Below, piece after piece: positions 59,001 through 64,000 of a stretch of DNA of 64,000 bases. The notes below the pieces were generated by a model that saw nothing but the letters and a program-made list of their open reading frames with translations, made no database searches and was not told the DNA's origin. The stretch is taken from the NCBI GenBank assembly GCA_051251855.1, contig JBPOGI010000004.1, positions 160,001-224,000 on the forward strand, read 5' to 3'. Positions within the stretch are counted from its first letter, which is position 1. Every line of letters starts with the position of its first letter. The translations under genes and the position numbers were made by a program. Source of the DNA: Roseibacillus sp. (GTDB lineage: Bacteria; Verrucomicrobiota; Verrucomicrobiia; Verrucomicrobiales; Akkermansiaceae).

Positions 59001-61034
59001 GCTACCGACTTCCAATTCATGACCCTGAACGGCGCCTTCGACCCTGTCCTGAATCCCAGCGCCGAAGACTACACTACACCCACCCCACCGACGACTTGGC
59101 CCACCGTCAACCGAAGCAATCCGGACCCCGAAAAATGGCACCTCAGCGGACCCTACCCGCTTACTCGTGATGACGACCGCCTCGCCGACATCAACGATCT
59201 TCGAGTTGAACCCGGAAACCGCGAACGTCGTCACGCGCACTGGCAAATGATGCTCAACGCTCAAGACCAACTGCGCCAAAAGACCGGTTTCGCTCTCCAG
59301 CAAATCGTGGTCGTCAGCGCCGCGATCACCGCCATTCGCGATAGCCCCTATGCTGCCAGCAACTACCAAGACCAACTCAACATCCATGCCTTCGGCCACT
59401 ACCGAGACGTCCTAGGCTACGTCAACTGGAGCCCAATCATGGGCAAATGGCTCTCCAGCCTAGGCAATCAAAAAGGAGTCGATATCGATGGCGACGGCAC
59501 CGACGACATTTCTCCCGATGAGAACCTCGCACGCGAGAACATGCAGCTCTTCTCCATCGGCCTCTTCAACCTCTGGCCTGACGGGACCCTCCGTCTCGGA
59601 ACAGACGGAGCCCCTAACAACACCTACAACAACGAAGACATTCGCGAATTTGCCAAAGTCCTTACTGGCCAAAGCTTCAGCGTCCACAACGACCGCGAAG
59701 TCCCTTGGGGTGGAGTTCCCTTTGCCGACCTCGAAGAAAACACAAACTTTGGCCGCAACCAGAACCAAGCCCAGCTTCACGAAATCAAATACAACTACCC
59801 GATGAAAATGTTCGGTGAATTCCACGATCGCTCGGTCAAGAGCTTCGCCGGAGTCACCATTGACAACACCAACCTCACCGACCCCACCGAACAGGGAATC
59901 GCGGATATCGAAGATGCCATCGATTGGCTCGCAGGCACTCCCGGCGACGGCAACCCGGACTTTGACATGGTTCACAGTCACGGCAGCACTCCCGCCTTCA
60001 TCTGCTTGCGCCTCATCCAACGCTTCACCACTTCCAACCCTTCTCGCGATTACCTCCACCGCGTCGCCACCGCCTTCAAAGATGGCGAAGGAGACCTCGC
60101 CGCCACCGTGAAGGCCATTCTCTTAGACGCAGAGGCGAGACAACTCGACCCCACTAACACCACCTTCGGCCTCAAACGCTCCCCTCTCGAAACCTACCTG
60201 CAACTCGCCCGCTCCATGGAGGCCATCAGCTACCTGCCCATTCTTCCTCCGGGGAATACTTACCCCTTCGACACCGCACCCGGTGACTTTTCCAATAGCG
60301 ACCTCTTCCTCGACAACTTTGGCCTCCCCGCATCGCAACTTGCCAATCAAGAACGCAATCACCGCTTCCTGCAACACTACACCATCACCAGCGGAGCTAC
60401 CGGCATTCAGATGGTCCCTTTCCGCCAGGAAACAGTCTTCAACTGGTATCTCCCCGACTACGCTCCCAGCGGCCCCATCGCCGATGCCGGTCTCGTCTCC
60501 CCCGAACTCCAACTCGCCAATGAGCCTGACGTCATTCGCAACATCAACTACCAGCACTATCTCTTACGAGGCAACAACGGAATCTTCGTCGAATCTCTTG
60601 GCGGCTCCAGCGCGACCCAAGGCCGAGCTCTAGGTGCAGCCAGCGGTGACACCTCTTTCAACAACAACGATAACATTCGCCTCGATCGCGATAAGTGGGT
60701 CGCCCTCCTCTACCCTCCTGCCGAACCTACCGCGACCGACACCCGCACTGCTGAATCCCTTGCCGACGAGCAACTGGTAGACGAGCTCGACAAGCGCCTC
60801 ACCTATGGCTTCTTGAAGGCTAAGTATCCTTACGACCCCAGCGACGATGACGACCCCAATATCCCGGGCGTGGACAACTTCCTCAAAAACCCCCGCGAGC
60901 TCATCATCGATGGGATCACCGCCGGTCACGGTAATCCTTACAGCGGAAACAATGACGAAAGCGACAAGCGCGGAAAGTTCATCGACTCCCTTTACCTCAT
61001 CAGCGTCACTCCCGAGTTTCAGATTAAAAAGTAG
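56034..61034 (+). CDS. Large secreted DUF1800 family protein with PA14-like, Calx-beta-like and CHRD-like modules
   Basis: DLDSDGLSDLW/DPDGDG repeats, PPETGSYTF (PA14), DNINEYPETL (Calx-beta), SHVH...LYLNIHT.DNPAGEI (CHRD), RFLNQATFG, DQLRQK, PDENLARE.MQLFSIGL and terminal PEFQIKK. Confidence 0.88.
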   Translation: MNPNSFIQDRGALGGILLLSTLSSLAVDLDSDGLSDLWQLNYGAESESANGDPDGDGYTNAEESSAGTDPFSANSFPDLGPFQMDTSGNPIFFTFPTEAGKFYQLSQSTDLLNFQTFGPTIAGDGSEQSVTLKDTEASTRDGHVQQSFWSNFAGTQVSDLANLPNFPAQSDGQNELTQFETQRVQGSGFGSRLQALITPPETGSYTFALSSGSPAKAFLSTDTDSNNFVDLSEVFLAQADILPNEWDRYSSQRSTPILLTAGESYLLEVQLLSLTAESHCQLAWTGPGITDTAIITSEHLAPLELLPAPSTTQDLLVHDYDTTTTTLWPSNTEIVDAPEGMNGNAEKFNDDPGNLAAETLLLPQSSSDHLYATWQFRMSPGHDDVHFYFQGPDSSEEGPRVNLEERNSFSTVAVRTGGTYGVRQIDVEFDTTYRVELVASLDTPFTYQEGLSTRTVSPDTFDIYITDTNGKLIGSEFGLTFKDEGENVVSIFDRVRAASITLPNIVVDSWEITDGKIAGSGILNRNISDFTLDADGQFFRLHINDGDQDADGLSNWEELLLAKHQPFLFFDAETTSGTTDAAAISSLLTNNTGTPVISLAASDTAAFEDNSPNTSEDHGAILITRTGTLAPVTINLCIAALENTGSTATVCDGTCCSLIGSAGDEEAEVGDYTLLDSDGNLITDTVSFALGEMSKTLTVVALPDNINEYPETLNLAVAPSIDASYQLSETLNGASIQLFDLADNPANNAIFTGSFSQDGNATLSSLGSGFTTAILNGPRTKLFLTNEFSNLTSVQQDSHVHKSNPGPTPGDIIYSITNEPGAESQPPPASDPYLGFLTDYEWDLTESSGAVPTSGGAASKQTIIDSLFAQNSESPLYLNIHTVDNPAGEIWAFLNLTGGSTTDPGTPTAAALAGSAEYPQLFDDELEAEVRRFLNQATFGATDAQVAALVSTVETARAADSTYHRATAFEDWIDNQMALQQTYLLDYHLATDFQFMTLNGAFDPVLNPSAEDYTTPTPPTTWPTVNRSNPDPEKWHLSGPYPLTRDDDRLADINDLRVEPGNRERRHAHWQMMLNAQDQLRQKTGFALQQIVVVSAAITAIRDSPYAASNYQDQLNIHAFGHYRDVLGYVNWSPIMGKWLSSLGNQKGVDIDGDGTDDISPDENLARENMQLFSIGLFNLWPDGTLRLGTDGAPNNTYNNEDIREFAKVLTGQSFSVHNDREVPWGGVPFADLEENTNFGRNQNQAQLHEIKYNYPMKMFGEFHDRSVKSFAGVTIDNTNLTDPTEQGIADIEDAIDWLAGTPGDGNPDFDMVHSHGSTPAFICLRLIQRFTTSNPSRDYLHRVATAFKDGEGDLAATVKAILLDAEARQLDPTNTTFGLKRSPLETYLQLARSMEAISYLPILPPGNTYPFDTAPGDFSNSDLFLDNFGLPASQLANQERNHRFLQHYTITSGATGIQMVPFRQETVFNWYLPDYAPSGPIADAGLVSPELQLANEPDVIRNINYQHYLLRGNNGIFVESLGGSSATQGRALGAASGDTSFNNNDNIRLDRDKWVALLYPPAEPTATDTRTAESLADEQLVDELDKRLTYGFLKAKYPYDPSDDDDPNIPGVDNFLKNPRELIIDGITAGHGNPYSGNNDESDKRGKFIDSLYLISVTPEFQIKK

Positions 61035-61046
61035 TAACCCAGCACC

Positions 61047-62588
61047 ATGTCCGACTCCTACCAAATCTCCCGCCGTAAATTTCTCGCCACTGGCACCTGT
61101 GGGGCGATGGGCATTGGCTCGCTCGTCAACACCCTCGCACAGCTACAACTCATCAACTCCGCCGCTGCCGCAACAGGTGCCGGCGGACTCGATGTCGTTG
61201 GTGACGACTACAAAGCTCTCGTCTGTATTTTCCTTCGAGGCGGTTGCGACATGAACAACGTCCTCATTCCTGTAGCAGGAAATCCGCAAGCAGCAGGCTA
61301 CACTGCCGACCGTAATGTCGTGAGCATCCGTAACGGAGTGGCAGAGCCTACCCTCAATCCTGCGGGAGAAAACGACACCCTCGCCCTCAACACCACCGGC
61401 GACCCCTTCGGCCTTCATCCCTCCCTCGTCAATTTGCAAGCGATGTTCAACGGCAACGATGCCGCCTTCGTCAGCAACGTCGGCACCCTCGCCGAACACA
61501 CAAATCCAGGAACCTACAACAGCGCATCTCTCCCACGGCAGCTCTTCTCCCACTCCGACCAAGTCACCGAGTGGATGTCCTCTATCGCAGACCAACCCTA
61601 TCGCTCGGGTTGGGGAGCACGAGTAGCCGACCTCTACCACTCGACATGGAACCCCGACAGCCAGACTTCCATGCTCATTACTGCCGCGGGAAACAATCAA
61701 TTCATGAACGGCGGCACCGAAGCTCAATACTCGGTCACATCCTCCGGAGCCATCAGCTTAGCAGGATTTAGCAGCGGTGGACTTCCCTACGGAGGCGCTC
61801 TCGAAACCGATGGCAGCTACAAGACCAACTCCACCGGTAATCGCTTGCAGGCCCTCGAGCGCATCATGGCCTACAGTCATGCCAATATTTTGGAGGACGG
61901 CTACAACACCGTCGTCCAACGGGCTCGTGAGAACGAAGCCATCGTCACCGAAGCTTCCGAAGTCGCTACCAGCCTCGGACTCGACCTCGACACCATCTTT
62001 GCCAACGCCGATACCGGAATTGGAGACGAACTCAAAGCCGTCGCTAAGCTCATCACCGGCCGTAAATGCCTCGGCAACAAACGGCAAATCTTCTTTGTCG
62101 ACCTCAGCGGCTTCGACAATCATCAAGACATCAATGCTGACTTAGGAGGACTCCTCACCAATCTCGACAACGCTATTGGAGCCTTCAATGAGGCGATGAA
62201 AGCGCTCGCACTGGCCGACCCTGACTTCGAATACGACAAAGTCACCACCTTCCAAGCCTCCGATTTCAACCGCACTTGGACTCCCAACAGTGCCGATCCC
62301 AACACCGCAGGAACCGACCATGCTTGGGGGACTCATACCTTCATGTTCGGAGGGGCCGTGAACGGAGGACAGATCTACGGCACCTTCCCCGAACTCGCCG
62401 TCGGTGGTCTCGTCGATGTTCCCAGCGGCAGCCGAGGACGCTGGATTCCCACTTCTTCCGTCGACCAGTATTGTGCCGTCCTCGCCAATTGGTTTGGCGT
62501 TGATTCCAGCCTCATGGATACAGTCCTCCCCAACTTGGACCGCTTTGCAGACCCCTTCGACATCGCAACCAACCTCTCGTTTCTCTAG
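61047..62588 (+). CDS. DUF1501 domain protein (Tat-exported), partner of DUF1800
   Basis: SRRKFL, DYKALVCIFL.GG.D, LFSHSDQ, GFDNH, SDFNRT, GTDHAWG and GRWIPT motifs. Confidence 0.92.
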   Translation: MSDSYQISRRKFLATGTCGAMGIGSLVNTLAQLQLINSAAAATGAGGLDVVGDDYKALVCIFLRGGCDMNNVLIPVAGNPQAAGYTADRNVVSIRNGVAEPTLNPAGENDTLALNTTGDPFGLHPSLVNLQAMFNGNDAAFVSNVGTLAEHTNPGTYNSASLPRQLFSHSDQVTEWMSSIADQPYRSGWGARVADLYHSTWNPDSQTSMLITAAGNNQFMNGGTEAQYSVTSSGAISLAGFSSGGLPYGGALETDGSYKTNSTGNRLQALERIMAYSHANILEDGYNTVVQRARENEAIVTEASEVATSLGLDLDTIFANADTGIGDELKAVAKLITGRKCLGNKRQIFFVDLSGFDNHQDINADLGGLLTNLDNAIGAFNEAMKALALADPDFEYDKVTTFQASDFNRTWTPNSADPNTAGTDHAWGTHTFMFGGAVNGGQIYGTFPELAVGGLVDVPSGSRGRWIPTSSVDQYCAVLANWFGVDSSLMDTVLPNLDRFADPFDIATNLSFL

Positions 62589-62762
62589 GTTTCACGAGAA
62601 GCGGGAAAATATCTTCACCTCCAACCTCATCAAATTTGAGGAGGTGAATTCCCTTCCAATGCCCCGATGAGAATCTAGGTTAGAAGGATGCTATCTCTCT
62701 GAGATTAAGAATTTTAGAATTTAGATTCTTCTGTGGAATAAATGAATTTTTCAACCAACCCA

Positions 62763-64000
62763 ATGAACACTTCGTTTGGCGCTCGTTTGCTCCCTCTTGC
62801 AGGGATGCTCCTTGCTCTTTCATCATCGTCACCCGCGATTGACCTCGATATGGACGGACTCTCGGATGTCTGGGAGCAGCAATATGGAGCCGAAAGCCTG
62901 CTCGCTGGAGACGATACCGATGGCGATGGCTTTACCAACTTGGGCGAATCCGCGGCAGGCACGGATCCTTTCGATTCGAACGACCACCCCAAACTAGAAT
63001 TCTCACTTCTCGACCCCGAAGACCCCCCGCTCGTTTTCACTTTCCCGACTCAAGCGGGAAAGCTTTATCAATTTCAAGATTCTCTGGATTTACAGATTTT
63101 CCGTCCTGTTGGAGAACCCATCACTGGCGACTCCACCCCCCTCACCTTAGCTCTGGACCCCGACAATGCGTCCTCTATCAGTGGCAATGTCATTCAACAA
63201 TTCTGGGCAGACCTCTCGGGCAACGATCTCACCACTCTTACCAACGACCCTAACTTCCCCGACAGCCCAGACGGAGAAACACGTCTCTCCTCACTCGAGC
63301 CTCCCCTCCTCTCAAGTTCCGGATTCGGCTTCCGAATGACGACTCTCGTCTCTCCCCCCCAAACGGGAGACTATAGCTTTTTCCTCTCGAGTGGTAGTTC
63401 GGCCGAACTCTCCCTTTCCAGTGACGACAGCTCCACGAACCTAGCGCTCATCGCTCAACTTCTCTCAGGACAATCGGTTGCACCCAATCAGTTCGATAGC
63501 TTCAGCAATCAACGTTCGGATGTCATCACTCTGAACGCAGGGCAATCCTACTTGCTAGAGGTCATCTCTATGAGCTCAACGCCCAAGAGTCATTGTCAAA
63601 TCGCTTGGACCGGACCGGGTATCACCGGCACGCAGATTATCGACTCCTCTCACATTGCTTCCTATCCCTTTCTTTCCGACGACTCGACCGACCTTGCCCT
63701 TCTAGAACACGACTATGATGAAATGGGAGAGACCTCACCCATCATCCAAGGAAATGTCGAAATCGTAACTGCGCCCGCAGGAATGTCTGGTCAAGCGGAG
63801 CGGCTACGTCCTTCTTCCTCGTCAGCTCTCTCAACCTATTTCCCTGAAACCAACGACCACTTATTTTTCTCGGTCTTGGTTAATGTTGATCCATCGAACG
63901 AGAACGTCTCGTTATTTCTCAAGGGATCCGGAAACGGTACCGAAGGGCCTCGCATCGATTTCGACTTATCCAACAGCCTACCCGCGATTCGAGCAGGAGG
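62763..64000 (+). CDS. N-terminal part of a paralog of the 56034-61034 protein (3' truncated by the window edge)
   Basis: MNTSFGARLL...IDLDMDGLSDVWEQQYGA, DTDGDGFTN, FTFPTQAGK and PPQTGDYSF are colinear with the upstream DUF1800 protein. No stop seen before the window end; an alternative in-frame ATG lies at 62742. Confidence 0.8.
   Translation, partial: MNTSFGARLLPLAGMLLALSSSSPAIDLDMDGLSDVWEQQYGAESLLAGDDTDGDGFTNLGESAAGTDPFDSNDHPKLEFSLLDPEDPPLVFTFPTQAGKLYQFQDSLDLQIFRPVGEPITGDSTPLTLALDPDNASSISGNVIQQFWADLSGNDLTTLTNDPNFPDSPDGETRLSSLEPPLLSSSGFGFRMTTLVSPPQTGDYSFFLSSGSSAELSLSSDDSSTNLALIAQLLSGQSVAPNQFDSFSNQRSDVITLNAGQSYLLEVISMSSTPKSHCQIAWTGPGITGTQIIDSSHIASYPFLSDDSTDLALLEHDYDEMGETSPIIQGNVEIVTAPAGMSGQAERLRPSSSSALSTYFPETNDHLFFSVLVNVDPSNENVSLFLKGSGNGTEGPRIDFDLSNSLPAIRAG

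Overview
A 64 kb bacterial chromosomal window, most likely from a Verrucomicrobiota genome (Verrucomicrobiales-like). This assignment is inferred from a Verru_Chthon-cassette-A-like C-terminus, a PEP-CTERM protein, DUF1553/DUF1501/DUF1800 genes and W-x-x-x-D-P-x-A-A repeat proteins. Most of the window is housekeeping or lineage-typical: glcD-like oxidase, ppnP, ABC transporters, a xylose cluster (xylA, xylulokinase, AraC regulator), acpH, a stand-alone fusA, azurin, truncated globin, a Ser/Thr kinase with C-type lectin domains, rdgB and leuS. The most notable element is a retron-like locus at about 34.2-35.7 kb. A ~165 nt structured non-coding region, closed by a near-perfect 19/20 bp inverted repeat (34233-34251 / 34377-34396), lies directly upstream of a YADD reverse transcriptase. 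This RT has altered retron signature motifs and no recognisable effector gene next to it. Other observations: degenerate attC-like sites flanking three small orphan genes (integron-cassette remnant, 5.0-6.7 kb); a secreted Lys/Ala-His-Cys (metallothionein-like) protein; a CxxC/PPPR leader-like gene ahead of a Met/His-rich outer-membrane protein; an apparently split OlsF-like acyltransferase/GNAT pair; and several REP/REPIN/MITE-like palindromes. All family assignments come from motif recognition by eye, not from database searches.
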